IMG/VR virus record: IMGVR_UViG_3300032116_000004
Coordinates: 124,001-188,000 of that record
Strand: one strand, 5' to 3'
Length of the DNA: 64,000 nucleotides
Shown: positions 9,433 to 19,473 of the stretch, one piece after another
How the letters are laid out: every line of letters begins with the position of its first letter
How positions within the stretch are numbered: the stretch's first letter is position 1
Made by a program: the position numbers and the translations under genes
The notes under the pieces: model-generated
The model's input: only the letters and a program-made list of their open reading frames with translations
Told to the model about the DNA's origin: nothing
The model's database searches: none

Positions 9433-10160
9433 TGAGCGGCATCATGCAGATGGTGGCCAACAATGTGCAACAGGCCGCGACTCCCGCTCCCAGCATTGTG
9501 ACCTTGAATCTGCAACTGTATTTGAACGCGGCTGATCCGGCCAGCTATCCAGGTTCAGGCACGACCTGGACTGACTTGAGCCCAAATGCTTATTCAACCA
9601 CCTTGATTGGTGCACCGGCTTTCAATTCAACCTACTTTAATTTTGATGGCACCACTGAGTATGTGGACACCAATCAAAGTCTATCTGCAGAAGAATTTTC
9701 AGTGGGTGCTTGGTTCCGATCATCAGCCGGCGGCATCAAGATGATACTTAGCAAAGAGGAAACAGGAGGGTGGCCTTGGAACTATCGCATCTGGCTCAAC
9801 GGCGGACAGATCATAGGTGACATCGCACAGAGCGGTGCATCAACTAGAAACATCAACAGCCCATTGACCAACTACAACAACAGCGCCTGGTATCTTGTCA
9901 TGTATACCCGTAGCACTGCAACTCAAACCTTGTATGTGAATGGCGCCCAGATCGCCACAGCCGCAGGATCATTTCCATCGGGCACTATTTCAAATGCTCA
10001 AGAACTCTGGGTAGGACGAAGCGCATTCACAGGTGGAAGCCCAACTGGCAGTTACCAGTATGTGGGCGATCTAGGACAGGTATTTGTCTATAATCGTGTT
10101 TTAGACTCTGCAGAAATCCTACAAAACTACAACGCTACAAAGGCTACTTACGGTTTGTAA
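9432..10160 (+). CDS. LamG/concanavalin A-like lectin domain virion protein
   Basis: SYPGSGTTWTDLS, FDGT.EYV, LYVNG, VYNRVL..EILQNYNA. Confidence 0.8.
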   Translation: MSGIMQMVANNVQQAATPAPSIVTLNLQLYLNAADPASYPGSGTTWTDLSPNAYSTTLIGAPAFNSTYFNFDGTTEYVDTNQSLSAEEFSVGAWFRSSAGGIKMILSKEETGGWPWNYRIWLNGGQIIGDIAQSGASTRNINSPLTNYNNSAWYLVMYTRSTATQTLYVNGAQIATAAGSFPSGTISNAQELWVGRSAFTGGSPTGSYQYVGDLGQVFVYNRVLDSAEILQNYNATKATYGL

Positions 10161-10202
10161 ACGCCTCCAAAATAGCATAAATATCTCAAAGCGAGGTAAA
10201 AC

Positions 10203-10466
10203 ATGTCGATAGAAGTGATCAACGTAGGAACTGTGCCCAATGATGGAACTGGAGATGGCTTACGCACGGCTTACATCAAGTGTAACAACAATTTTGCGTT
10301 CCTGAACTCATTCACCAGCAACAATGCACCCACACTGAGCACGGGTTCAGTGGGCGATTCAGCAGGGCAAACAGCCTATGATGGCTCTTACTACTATGTG
10401 TGCTTCCAGGACTATGATGGTTCATCAGTGATCTGGGGCAGGATCTCGCTTGACACGAGTTGGTAA
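10203..10466 (+). CDS. Small baseplate/fibre-anchor-like protein
   Basis: INVGTVPNDGTGDGLRTAYIKCNNNF, same anchor motif as 6094; TAAATA at 10178. Confidence 0.7.
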   Translation: MSIEVINVGTVPNDGTGDGLRTAYIKCNNNFAFLNSFTSNNAPTLSTGSVGDSAGQTAYDGSYYYVCFQDYDGSSVIWGRISLDTSW

Positions 10467-10469
10467 AAC

Positions 10470-13304
10470 ATGGCACAACCACAGTGGATAACTCCTGCTG
10501 GAGACCTAGGAACCATAGCCGAGGGCTTGTTTTTCCAAACGCCCGTTGAGGCAGTGGATCCCGACGGCGGCACGGTAAAATATAGGCTCATAGCCGGCAC
10601 CTTGCCCGGAGGCATCCAAGTCAAAGCCAACGGTGTGATCGAAGGTGTGCCCGCGGCCTTTGCATCTGTGCAGGGCGTGCCCATTGAAGTTTCTGAAAAC
10701 ATAACCAGTCGTTTCGCTGTGCGTGCCTATGTGGAAACACCCGGCGGCATAGTTCGACTCAATGACCGAACTTTTACCATCACTGTGACGGGACAGGATT
10801 TGCCACAGTTCATCACGCCGGCCGGATCCATTGGTCTGTTCTATGATGGCGACACAGTGGAATACCAGATCCTCTACGAAGACAGTGATCAAAACGATCT
10901 GGTCGTAGTCACACTGGAAGATGGTGATTTGCCTCCAGGTCTGCGCATATCAGCCACTGGCCTGATTGAAGGTTATATTGAACCTGTGGCTCCTCTGCCA
11001 GACACTGCCATCGCAGGGTATGATAGAACTGGCACTGCATTCGATCAATATCCTTTTGATTTTTCATCCCGATCGATCTCTACCAACTACCAGTTTACTC
11101 TCCAGATATCCGACGGTAAAGATCGCACACAAAGAACTTTTGAGATGTTTGTCGTGAGCCGTGACAGCCTCACAGCCGACACCACAGACTTCACAGCCGA
11201 CAACAATGAAATCACTGCCGACGTGCTGCCACAACGAGCACCATTGATCACTAACTATCCACCTGATGGATATATCGGACTGTATCGCCATTCCAACTTC
11301 TTTGCCTATCAGTTCCAGGCCATAGATCTCGACGGCGATCAATACCTTTTTGAGATAGCAGCCGGTGACTCTGCTGACCTGCCTCCTGGTCTGACCTTGG
11401 ATCAAACCACTGGTTGGTTGTATGGTTACATACCCGATCAAGGCGCCACGGAAAATGCATACAATTTTGTGGTATACGTCTACAAAAAAGACAATCCCAC
11501 ACTGATTTCCAATCCTTATCCTTACAGCATAGATACCATTGGTGACATAGAAACTGCTGTGACCTGGATCACGCCCACCAACATTGGCATCATCGACAAT
11601 GGTGGATTGAGTTTGTTCGCAGTAGAAGCTGTGACCAACAGCGATAGATCTCTGCAGTATCGACTCAAACCCGGTGCCGGCGCTGCCGAAAATTATGTTC
11701 CCGGAGTCTACAACAAACTGCCTCAAGGGTTGAATTTATTATCATCTGGACACATATCAGGCCGTGTGAGTTTCAATACCTTTGCTCTGGATGGTGGAAC
11801 CACTACATTCGATAACATGCGCACCACACGGCTGGTGCCCGCGCCTACAACATTTGATTCGGTGTTTAACTTCACAGTGGAAGTCTACAGTTCAGATGGA
11901 CTGATATCCACGTTCAAGAATTTTTATATCACTGTCAATCGTGAGTTCAACGAGCCCTATGAGAGCCTGTATATACAGGCCATGCCCAGCGAAGCCGACA
12001 GAGAACTCATTGACAGTCTGCTCCAGAACCAGGACATCATGGATCCAGATCTCATATTCCGCGATGATGATCCATGGTATGGTGTGAGCCGTAATGTCGT
12101 ATATCAGCATGCGTTTGGATTAAGAGCTGCCACGCTGGAGCAATATGTAGAGGCCTTGGACCTCAACCATTTCCGCAAACAGTTGACATTGGGCGAGATC
12201 AAGGTAGCACAGGCCCGATACAACAATACCGGAGCCGTGGCCTATGAAGTGGTCTACAGTGAGATCATAGATTCGGGCGTGAACGATGCGGGCGAAAGTC
12301 CACCACAATCAGTGCCCGTGGCTTTCCCGTTCCAGGATCCCTATGATCCTTCAGTGACCATCACTGACGTATATCCCAACAGCCTGATCGAGATGCGAGA
12401 CCAGGTCATTGATACCGTAGGACAGTATAGCCAGGTGTTGCCGTTGTGGATGACATCCAAGCAGGCCAACGGGCGTGTGTTGGGCTTTACCAAAGCCTTC
12501 ATCATAGCCTATACCAAGCCCGATCGAGGCAATCAATTGGCCTACAACATCCGCACACAGTGGGGTGAGCGATTGAACTTAGTGGATTTTGAAGTGGATC
12601 GTTTGATCCTGGATCGTTTGATGACTCGCAACTGGGTGGCCTTCGATGATTCTACCATAGATGGGGAATGGGAACCGAGCCCAAGTTCCACCACATTTGA
12701 TCGTTTTGACAGGCCCAGCAATCTCAACTTCATTGGGCGTGTGGACTATGCCACTGAACTCAGTTTTGCTGACGTCAACAACCAAACCTTGGCCTATATC
12801 GCCAGCTTGGGCGGCATAGATGGTGACATTGGTAGTGCGCTGAACAATCGCACCTTGGTGTTCAAGAAACAGTATGATTGGCCCGGTGGCGAAACCGATG
12901 ATGAAGCATTCACAGACTGGCCCAGCACCTACGATCAGTTGATCTATGACAGCACTCCATTGGACCCTAGTTCCATACTTCCCCAGCAACAACGGCTAGC
13001 CATATGGAAGATGACCGTGGTAGGGGGCAATTACATCTCCTTGAGCCTGGTCAAAGAAGCCAACATCTATGACTATGTGTTTATCACACGTGGTGCAACA
13101 TGGGCTAACACCGAACTGTATCTGCCCAATCAGATCGCACGGGTATGGAGCCTGATTCCTGAGCCAGCCACCCAAGAAACCACTTTCGATGATCGCAGTC
13201 TGCTGTTCAACGCACCCAGCGATCAGTGGAAATACACCGATGAATACAACCGTTATTTGCTGTTCCCCAAAGTCAATATCCTGGGGCCCGATCTACAAGA
13301 ATAG
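10470..13304 (+). CDS. Large virion structural protein with putative Ig-like repeats
   Basis: Repeated W.TPAG.LG / G.LPPGL.L...G.I.G modules. Confidence 0.75.
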   Translation: MAQPQWITPAGDLGTIAEGLFFQTPVEAVDPDGGTVKYRLIAGTLPGGIQVKANGVIEGVPAAFASVQGVPIEVSENITSRFAVRAYVETPGGIVRLNDRTFTITVTGQDLPQFITPAGSIGLFYDGDTVEYQILYEDSDQNDLVVVTLEDGDLPPGLRISATGLIEGYIEPVAPLPDTAIAGYDRTGTAFDQYPFDFSSRSISTNYQFTLQISDGKDRTQRTFEMFVVSRDSLTADTTDFTADNNEITADVLPQRAPLITNYPPDGYIGLYRHSNFFAYQFQAIDLDGDQYLFEIAAGDSADLPPGLTLDQTTGWLYGYIPDQGATENAYNFVVYVYKKDNPTLISNPYPYSIDTIGDIETAVTWITPTNIGIIDNGGLSLFAVEAVTNSDRSLQYRLKPGAGAAENYVPGVYNKLPQGLNLLSSGHISGRVSFNTFALDGGTTTFDNMRTTRLVPAPTTFDSVFNFTVEVYSSDGLISTFKNFYITVNREFNEPYESLYIQAMPSEADRELIDSLLQNQDIMDPDLIFRDDDPWYGVSRNVVYQHAFGLRAATLEQYVEALDLNHFRKQLTLGEIKVAQARYNNTGAVAYEVVYSEIIDSGVNDAGESPPQSVPVAFPFQDPYDPSVTITDVYPNSLIEMRDQVIDTVGQYSQVLPLWMTSKQANGRVLGFTKAFIIAYTKPDRGNQLAYNIRTQWGERLNLVDFEVDRLILDRLMTRNWVAFDDSTIDGEWEPSPSSTTFDRFDRPSNLNFIGRVDYATELSFADVNNQTLAYIASLGGIDGDIGSALNNRTLVFKKQYDWPGGETDDEAFTDWPSTYDQLIYDSTPLDPSSILPQQQRLAIWKMTVVGGNYISLSLVKEANIYDYVFITRGATWANTELYLPNQIARVWSLIPEPATQETTFDDRSLLFNAPSDQWKYTDEYNRYLLFPKVNILGPDLQE

Positions 13305-13362
13305 CGTTTTTCAATGACTGCGCCAATCCGGCTAAATATATCCATAAACTAGGAATATAAAG

Positions 13363-14256
13363 ATGGCATCAAACATCAACCCAAACAACATTGACACAGC
13401 GTATCCCATCGCTGGTCAGGACAACGATTCGCAGGGTTTCCGCGATAACTTTACCAACATCAAGACCAACTTTGAGTTCGCCGAACAAGAAATTGACGAC
13501 CTGCAGAGCAAGGTCCTGCTCAAAGCCGCGCTCACAGGCACCACCCTAGACAACAACATGGCTGGAGCGGCCCTGGTGGCACCTACCATGCGTGGCGTTC
13601 GTTACACACGCATCGCGCCCACGGCCACATCGGGCAACATCACTGTGGACTTCGCCGCCGGCAGTTATTATCGCATCAATCAAAACGGCAACATCAATCT
13701 AGCATTTACCAACATTCCCAGCGCAGGCAACTACGCAGAATGGACCGTGCAGTTGATCGTGGCCAATGCTGGCAATGCTGTGACACTACCTAGTTCAGTT
13801 TCCATCGGCAACACCAACATACAAGGCGCAGATGCCAACAACGTGGTCACTTTCAATCAAAGCGGCACCTATAGTCTGAAGTTTTCTACCAGCGACGGTG
13901 GTTCTTCGGTGGATGTAGAAGATCTAGATAGACCACGCAACCAATTCATGAATCCTTTGTTCCTGCAAGTGCCCGAATCATTCGCGGCCAACGGCAACGT
14001 GAGCCTGACCAATTCCACCACGGTGTTCACTTCCAACGCCAACAGGACGGGCAACCTCAATGCCGGCACCACGGGACAGATCAAGATCTTGGCCTATGGC
14101 AATGCCGCTGCCGGAAACACCCGAATCACCGTGGCCAATGCGGCCTGGGGCGGATCCAACATCGCTAACCTTTCTGCGGTGGGTTCGGCCTGCACCATGC
14201 AGTATGTGAACTCCAAATGGTTCGTGATCGGTAACAACGGCGTCACTTTCAGTTGA
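13363..14256 (+). CDS. Virion structural protein
   Basis: TAAATA at 13333; YPIAGQDNDSQGFRDNF N-terminus; Asn/Gly/Thr-rich. Confidence 0.7.
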   Translation: MASNINPNNIDTAYPIAGQDNDSQGFRDNFTNIKTNFEFAEQEIDDLQSKVLLKAALTGTTLDNNMAGAALVAPTMRGVRYTRIAPTATSGNITVDFAAGSYYRINQNGNINLAFTNIPSAGNYAEWTVQLIVANAGNAVTLPSSVSIGNTNIQGADANNVVTFNQSGTYSLKFSTSDGGSSVDVEDLDRPRNQFMNPLFLQVPESFAANGNVSLTNSTTVFTSNANRTGNLNAGTTGQIKILAYGNAAAGNTRITVANAAWGGSNIANLSAVGSACTMQYVNSKWFVIGNNGVTFS

Positions 14257-14267
14257 TCCAAACGTCA

Positions 14268-14308
14268 TTGACACACCCGCTCCTCTATGTTACACTAGCA
14301 TAGAGGAG
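14268..14308 (+). promoter_or_regulatory. sigma70-like promoter overlapped by SD-sequestering hairpin
   Basis: TTGACA-17-TACACT; ctcctctatg (14280-89) pairs with catagaggag (14299-308). Confidence 0.65.
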
Positions 14309-14317
14309 TTTTCATTT

Positions 14318-14758
14318 ATGCCCATAGATCTCAATCGTTACAGCGAATTCGTCCAAAAGGTCACCAGCGGTGCCAGCAATGACCTTACCACGTTCATGAA
14401 TACCCTGGATCGACTCGATGCCAATTATGAACTGTTTGATGGTGAGATGCGCCACGGACCCGACATCAATGTGCCATTGTTGCTGACCGCGGCCTTGGGC
14501 ATGGCGGCCGAGACCGGTGAGTTCTGCGAGATCCCCAAAAAGATCTTCTTCCAGAACAAAGCACTCAACGAAGAAGCAGTTTTCCATATGAAACGCGAAT
14601 TGGGCGACATCATGTGGTATTGGATCAATGCCTGTAGGGCACTGGATCTCGATCCCAATGAAGTCATCGCTGAGAATGTGCGCAAACTCCAGAGCCGATA
14701 TCCTGGAGGCACATTCGACCCTTATCACAGCGAGCATCGCCTGCCGGGAGATCTGTGA
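14318..14758 (+). CDS. MazG-like nucleotide pyrophosphohydrolase
   Basis: ALGMAAETGEFCEIPKK...RELGDIMWY...NVRKLQSRYP. Confidence 0.85.
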   Translation: MPIDLNRYSEFVQKVTSGASNDLTTFMNTLDRLDANYELFDGEMRHGPDINVPLLLTAALGMAAETGEFCEIPKKIFFQNKALNEEAVFHMKRELGDIMWYWINACRALDLDPNEVIAENVRKLQSRYPGGTFDPYHSEHRLPGDL

Positions 14759-14994
14759 TGGAACATCCTTTGATCGGTGATCTCGGAGAACTCACCTTGG
14801 AACAACTGCACGAAAAGATCAATGAACTGCATCGCAAGTTGGGTGTGGCGGCGAGATCTGGCAATGGTTACCTGTGCGATCAACTGCGCATGGCCATAGA
14901 AAGTTATACCAACCGCGCTCGACAGATACAAGATAAACAATATCAAGAAGCACAGAAAAATTTCGACGACAAGATAAACATTTCCAACCACTGA
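14755..14994 (+). CDS. Hypothetical protein
   Basis: Coupled ORF. Confidence 0.7.
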   Translation: MMEHPLIGDLGELTLEQLHEKINELHRKLGVAARSGNGYLCDQLRMAIESYTNRARQIQDKQYQEAQKNFDDKINISNH

Positions 14995-15584
14995 TGAATG
15001 TCCGTATAGAATACCCTGCTGAGTTCCTGGCTGCCGCCCATTGGGAGGACTCAGTGCTGATGAATTGCTACACCGTGCGCTGTGAGATGATCACTGGCAC
15101 CAATGATGCGGTAGAGCAAAACGTGGCCCTGGAACGCTTGAAATGGATCCTGTTCCAGGCCATGCAGAATTCGGTGTTCATTGATGCCCGAGAAAAAGCC
15201 ACCATAAAACGCTTGGAAGCGGCAGGCCTGAGGACTGTGCCGTTGCCCGCACCTCCAGTTGACCAAGTGATAGGCATGATGTTATACTCTAAATTAGAAG
15301 CAGTGATGGAAGGTCGCATATCGGTCATGCAACTGTCTCTGAGTTCGGAATTGGGAGAAAATGTGATCTATTATCAAAACAACATGGAATCTCTAGGGCC
15401 ATTGGCCCAGCCCGGTTGGTGGCAGAATCCCGAACCTGTGTGCAGTGATGCTAGGCCCACTGCAGGCAAAGTGGTAGATATTGGTGCCAGCCAGACTTGG
15501 AAAAGCCTGGATCTGCACTGGACGCAAGATGACGACGATGTGAAATCCAACGTGGTAGCATTCCGCAAAGATGAAGACAAATAA
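14994..15584 (+). CDS. Hypothetical protein
   Basis: Coupled ORF. Confidence 0.7.
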   Translation: MNVRIEYPAEFLAAAHWEDSVLMNCYTVRCEMITGTNDAVEQNVALERLKWILFQAMQNSVFIDAREKATIKRLEAAGLRTVPLPAPPVDQVIGMMLYSKLEAVMEGRISVMQLSLSSELGENVIYYQNNMESLGPLAQPGWWQNPEPVCSDARPTAGKVVDIGASQTWKSLDLHWTQDDDDVKSNVVAFRKDEDK

Positions 15585-16092
15585 ATTTGGTGAAATCATA
15601 CTGGGTGAACCAGATCTCTGCGATCTGCTCATGCAAGGCCGTGATGTCGCTAACATGTCACATGTGACAGTGGACCCCAGTGTGAACATAGAGCAAGTGG
15701 CTGTCATGCTGGACGATCCCAAGAGTTTGTTGACTTGGGGATTCCCTGAAGCATCCGACATCGCTGTGCCGGAGTTTGATCGTGTCAGGCAAGGCCATTG
15801 GTTCATGCCCGACGAATATCAGCAACTGGACATAGCCCAGCATGTGCTGTCGTTGTGTGACACACCGGAACAACTGCAAAGGGCTGGTGCGGAACTGCTG
15901 ATGTTCCAGGAACGTGAACTATTTGATCTCTTGCGATATCTCAAATATCTCGTGGATGTCATGCGACAAAACAATGTTATTTGGGGAGTGGGTCGAGGAT
16001 CCAGCGTGGCCAGTTATGTGCTGTATCTACTGGGCGTGCATAGGATTGATTCGATGTTCTATGATTTAGATCCTGTAGAATTCCTCCGTTAA
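15571..16092 (+). CDS. Stand-alone DnaE (Pol III alpha) palm-fragment-like protein
   Basis: WGVGRGSSVASYVLYLLGVHRIDS ... EFLR. Confidence 0.75.
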   Translation: MKTNKFGEIILGEPDLCDLLMQGRDVANMSHVTVDPSVNIEQVAVMLDDPKSLLTWGFPEASDIAVPEFDRVRQGHWFMPDEYQQLDIAQHVLSLCDTPEQLQRAGAELLMFQERELFDLLRYLKYLVDVMRQNNVIWGVGRGSSVASYVLYLLGVHRIDSMFYDLDPVEFLR

Positions 16093-16118
16093 ATACACTA
16101 TTACCAGGAGTAGGAAAA

Positions 16119-16577
16119 ATGACCAAAAAAGTATATAGGACAGCGCAAGGCAAGACAGTGGATCTTGGCAGCCTGATCTTACAAAATGAAACAGTGCGTG
16201 CCGTGGGCAACATGGGCGTGAACGCTCGTGGTGACAGGGTAGATGGACAGAATCGTTCCATCGATTCGCGCAATCAACGTGTGGGACGGCAGTATGCCCG
16301 CCAGACCACCAATGTCAGCGACCAGCGCAAAACCAAATCACGCCAAGACGAGATGCAGGCCGACGAAGTGGTAAATGACACAGTGATCCAGGATCAACCC
16401 ATTGCGGAAACCGTGGCCGAACCCGTGGTGGAATCTCCCACATCAGCTGCCTCGCCATCGCCAATACCAGAAGGTGGATTGGCAGCCGCTATAGCCAAAG
16501 CACGCTCGATCAAACAAGAACCATTGAAATCACCTCGACAACAACGACAAGACACACCAGGAGTGCAGAAAATATGA
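16119..16577 (+). CDS. Hypothetical late protein
   Basis: TAAATA at 16090, SD AGGA. Confidence 0.7.
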   Translation: MTKKVYRTAQGKTVDLGSLILQNETVRAVGNMGVNARGDRVDGQNRSIDSRNQRVGRQYARQTTNVSDQRKTKSRQDEMQADEVVNDTVIQDQPIAETVAEPVVESPTSAASPSPIPEGGLAAAIAKARSIKQEPLKSPRQQRQDTPGVQKI

Positions 16578-16945
16578 CCAGAGCCGCTTTTGCTCCGCAT
16601 CGTATACACAAATTGAAAGCGTTGCATGACGCTGTGATAGTGTCAGACATGGAGTTCAAAGGACGACAACTCAGTTCGGGTATCATCCTCATGAACGACA
16701 ACGGCAAAGCCAACGGCATCCGACCACGCTGGGGTCAGGTCTATGAAGTGGGACCCGAACAGCAGGATGTTCGCCCAGGACAGTGGATCTGCGTGGCCCA
16801 TGGTCGTTGGACACGCGGACTAGAGATAGAAGATGACAGCGGCGTAAAGACCATACGCAAGGTAGATCCCAAGGATATCTTGTTGATCAGCGACGAGCAT
16901 CCAGGATCTGATGATACCATATCTGAGGCAGTGTCAGGGACCTGA
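16574..16945 (+). CDS. GroES-like co-chaperonin
   Basis: LKALHDAVIV...SSGIIL...GQVYEVGP...DVRPGQ...KDILL. Confidence 0.7.
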   Translation: MTRAAFAPHRIHKLKALHDAVIVSDMEFKGRQLSSGIILMNDNGKANGIRPRWGQVYEVGPEQQDVRPGQWICVAHGRWTRGLEIEDDSGVKTIRKVDPKDILLISDEHPGSDDTISEAVSGT

Positions 16946-17187
16946 TGGGTTTCCAAAAACCTGATTTACACGGTGCTGAAATGGCCATAAGGAAGGCCGC
17001 GACCGAAATACGCAGTCCTTACAACGATGGATTCACTTCAGCATATCTCAAACTAGAACTCTATCAACTCAAATGCATGCTGGAAGATCTCTATCAGGAT
17101 CTCCCTAGATTCGGCGACGAAGAAACATGGGAAAAGATACGCATGGTAGAGGTATTGAGCAAGAAAGAACAGCATGGGCAAAGGTAG
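16945..17187 (+). CDS. Hypothetical protein
   Basis: Coupled ORF. Confidence 0.65.
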   Translation: MGFQKPDLHGAEMAIRKAATEIRSPYNDGFTSAYLKLELYQLKCMLEDLYQDLPRFGDEETWEKIRMVEVLSKKEQHGQR

Positions 17188-17395
17188 CACGCCAAGACCG
17201 TTTTCAGTTGATCAATCAACCTTTGATTCCAATTGGGATCAGATTTTTAAAAAACCCAAAAAGACCGAAGGTGAACTGCAGGCCGAAGCCTTCCTGCGAG
17301 ACGAATATTACGACTTAGATGATGGATGGGACCATTACAGCGGCTTGCCCAATCCCAAAGCATATAGAAAGGACGATGATGCAAATAAGAGTTAA
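17174..17395 (+). CDS. Hypothetical protein
   Basis: Overlapping ORF in operon. Confidence 0.65.
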   Translation: MGKGSTPRPFSVDQSTFDSNWDQIFKKPKKTEGELQAEAFLRDEYYDLDDGWDHYSGLPNPKAYRKDDDANKS

Positions 17396-17579
17396 ACAAA
17401 ATCCTGAAGAATTTGGTAAGTGTGGTTGTGGGCGTAGTCCAACTGGCAAATGCTGTGGGTGGCATGCCTTGACAGAAGATGCTTATCGTGTTAAACTAAG
17501 CGAGTGGGAATTTGAACAATACAAAAAACAAGCCCAGGAAACATGGGGCGATAGTTGCACAACAGGAAAAGGCGAATGA
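17379..17579 (+). CDS. CDGSH-like Fe-S/zinc-finger small protein
   Basis: CGCGRSPTGKCCGWH resembles C-x-C-x2-S...C-D-G-S-H; AAGGA SD. Confidence 0.6.
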   Translation: MQIRVKQNPEEFGKCGCGRSPTGKCCGWHALTEDAYRVKLSEWEFEQYKKQAQETWGDSCTTGKGE

Positions 17580-17695
17580 AACGATTGAGGATGGCATTGG
17601 CTCGATGGATATTGGGACAACACTGTGCCTGTTACAACATGGGTTATCATAAAATGTGTGATTATACAAAACGTCGGATTGGTAATAAAAAATGA
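17576..17695 (+). CDS. Small hypothetical protein (39 aa), not in ORF track
   Basis: MKRLRMALARWILGQHCACY...; ATGA overlaps at both ends. Confidence 0.5.
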   Translation: MKRLRMALARWILGQHCACYNMGYHKMCDYTKRRIGNKK

Positions 17696-18612
17696 AAGAA
17701 CTATGGACAGAAAAATATCGCCCACGTGAACTCAAAGATTATGTGTTCCGCGATGACGCACAACGGCAACAGGTAGAAGGCTGGGTCAAAAGTGGGGCTA
17801 TTCCACATCTGCTATTTTCGGGCGCCCCAGGTGTGGGCAAGACTACCTTGGCCAAGATACTGATCAATGAACTAAAGATTGATGACTATGATATATTAGA
17901 AATCAACGCCAGCCGCGAAAACTCAGTGGACACCATCCGAGACAAGATCACTGGCTTTGTGCAAACCATGCCTTATGGCGTATTTAAAGTGGTGCTACTA
18001 GACGAGGCAGATTACATATCGCCCAACGGTCAGGCCGCACTGCGTGGTGTTATGGAGACTTATCATGCTAGTGCTCGGTTCATACTTACTTGTAACTATC
18101 CTAACCGCGTTATTCCTGCTCTGCACAGTAGATGCCAAGGATTTCATATCGAGCGGGTTGACGTCACTGAGTTTACTGCTCGCATGGCTACTGTTCTGGT
18201 AACAGAAAGTGTGGAGTTTGATCTTGATACTCTAGATACCTATGTCAAAGCCACTTATCCGGATTTGCGTAAGTGTTTGAACATGTGCCAAATGAATTCC
18301 ACAGGTGGCAAACTAGAACGTCCACACGGTGACGAAGGTGGCACACGAGAGTGGAAACTGGATGTCGTAGATCTGTTTAAACAAGGTCGCATCCGAGAAG
18401 CCCGTGTGCTGTTGTGTCAGTCAGCCAGGCCTGAGGAAATGGAAGACGTGTTCCGTTGGATGTATGACAATTTAGATCTTTGGCACACTGATGTCCACAA
18501 ACAAGATCAAGCCATAGTGATCATACGCAATGGTATAGCCAACATACCCATGGTAGCAGATCAGGAGATCAATCTTGCCGCTACCATGATCGAACTAGCG
18601 GGACTCAGATGA
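17692..18612 (+). CDS. Clamp loader ATPase subunit (T4 gp44/RFC-like)
   Basis: LWTEKYRP, GAPGVGKTT, LEINAS, LLDEAD, SRC. Confidence 0.92.
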   Translation: MKELWTEKYRPRELKDYVFRDDAQRQQVEGWVKSGAIPHLLFSGAPGVGKTTLAKILINELKIDDYDILEINASRENSVDTIRDKITGFVQTMPYGVFKVVLLDEADYISPNGQAALRGVMETYHASARFILTCNYPNRVIPALHSRCQGFHIERVDVTEFTARMATVLVTESVEFDLDTLDTYVKATYPDLRKCLNMCQMNSTGGKLERPHGDEGGTREWKLDVVDLFKQGRIREARVLLCQSARPEEMEDVFRWMYDNLDLWHTDVHKQDQAIVIIRNGIANIPMVADQEINLAATMIELAGLR

Positions 18613-18899
18613 GATATCTCATCATCAATTACTACCGCAAACCCAATGGCAAATTGGACGAAGCCACCACGGTAAGCAAAAAGGTCAAGATGCGCGACTG
18701 GCAATCAGCCGCGGTGATTTTAGATTTCAAAGAATGTAAAGTTTTAAAAGCCACGCTGGATGGTCAGTCAGTGCCCAAAGATTTCGATCGTATCGTTGCA
18801 TTCTATCATCAACATTACCCCAACATCATCGAAAGACTATTCAACGAAAACGGTTATGAGATCAAAACTGCGGAACCTGGATCGACTGATCCTAACTGA
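18609..18899 (+). CDS. Hypothetical protein
   Basis: Coupled ORF. Confidence 0.65.
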   Translation: MRYLIINYYRKPNGKLDEATTVSKKVKMRDWQSAAVILDFKECKVLKATLDGQSVPKDFDRIVAFYHQHYPNIIERLFNENGYEIKTAEPGSTDPN

Positions 18900-19473
18900 T
18901 TGTGATGGAGTGCTCCTGGATTGGGAGTGGGCGTTCAATGTGTGGGTGCAACAGCACGGGTTCGTAGAACAGCCCGATGCAAAACTGCACTACGACATGG
19001 GCATACGCTACGGCACGTCCAAAGAACAGATACGCAAACTCATAAAGATATTCAATGAATCCGCTTCTATCGGATTCCTTCCGGCCTTGAGAGATTCGGT
19101 CTACTATGTCAAACGTCTGCACGAGGAGTATGGTTTCAGATTCCACTGTATTACCAGTCTCAGTCGAGATGAGAACGCACAGAAACTGCGTGAAATGAAT
19201 CTGCAAAAAATCTATGGTGCCACAGTATTTGAACGCATCGTGTGTTTGGATACCGGTGCCCATAAAGACGAAATCTTGCAGGAATACGAAGGCACTGGAT
19301 GTTGGTGGGTCGAAGACAAGCCCGAAAATGCTCTAGCAGGCTGGCAACAAGGGCTCAAACCCATCCTCCTAGAGCATGGGCACAACATGGGATATGACCA
19401 CCCAGATATTACAATATGCAAGAACTGGGCGGACATTTTCCGTCAAGTCACAGGATCCTCTTATTCAGCATAG
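18856..19473 (+). CDS. HAD-superfamily nucleotidase-like protein
   Basis: LTDCDGVLLDW, WVEDKPEN. Confidence 0.8.
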   Translation: MRSKLRNLDRLILTDCDGVLLDWEWAFNVWVQQHGFVEQPDAKLHYDMGIRYGTSKEQIRKLIKIFNESASIGFLPALRDSVYYVKRLHEEYGFRFHCITSLSRDENAQKLREMNLQKIYGATVFERIVCLDTGAHKDEILQEYEGTGCWWVEDKPENALAGWQQGLKPILLEHGHNMGYDHPDITICKNWADIFRQVTGSSYSA

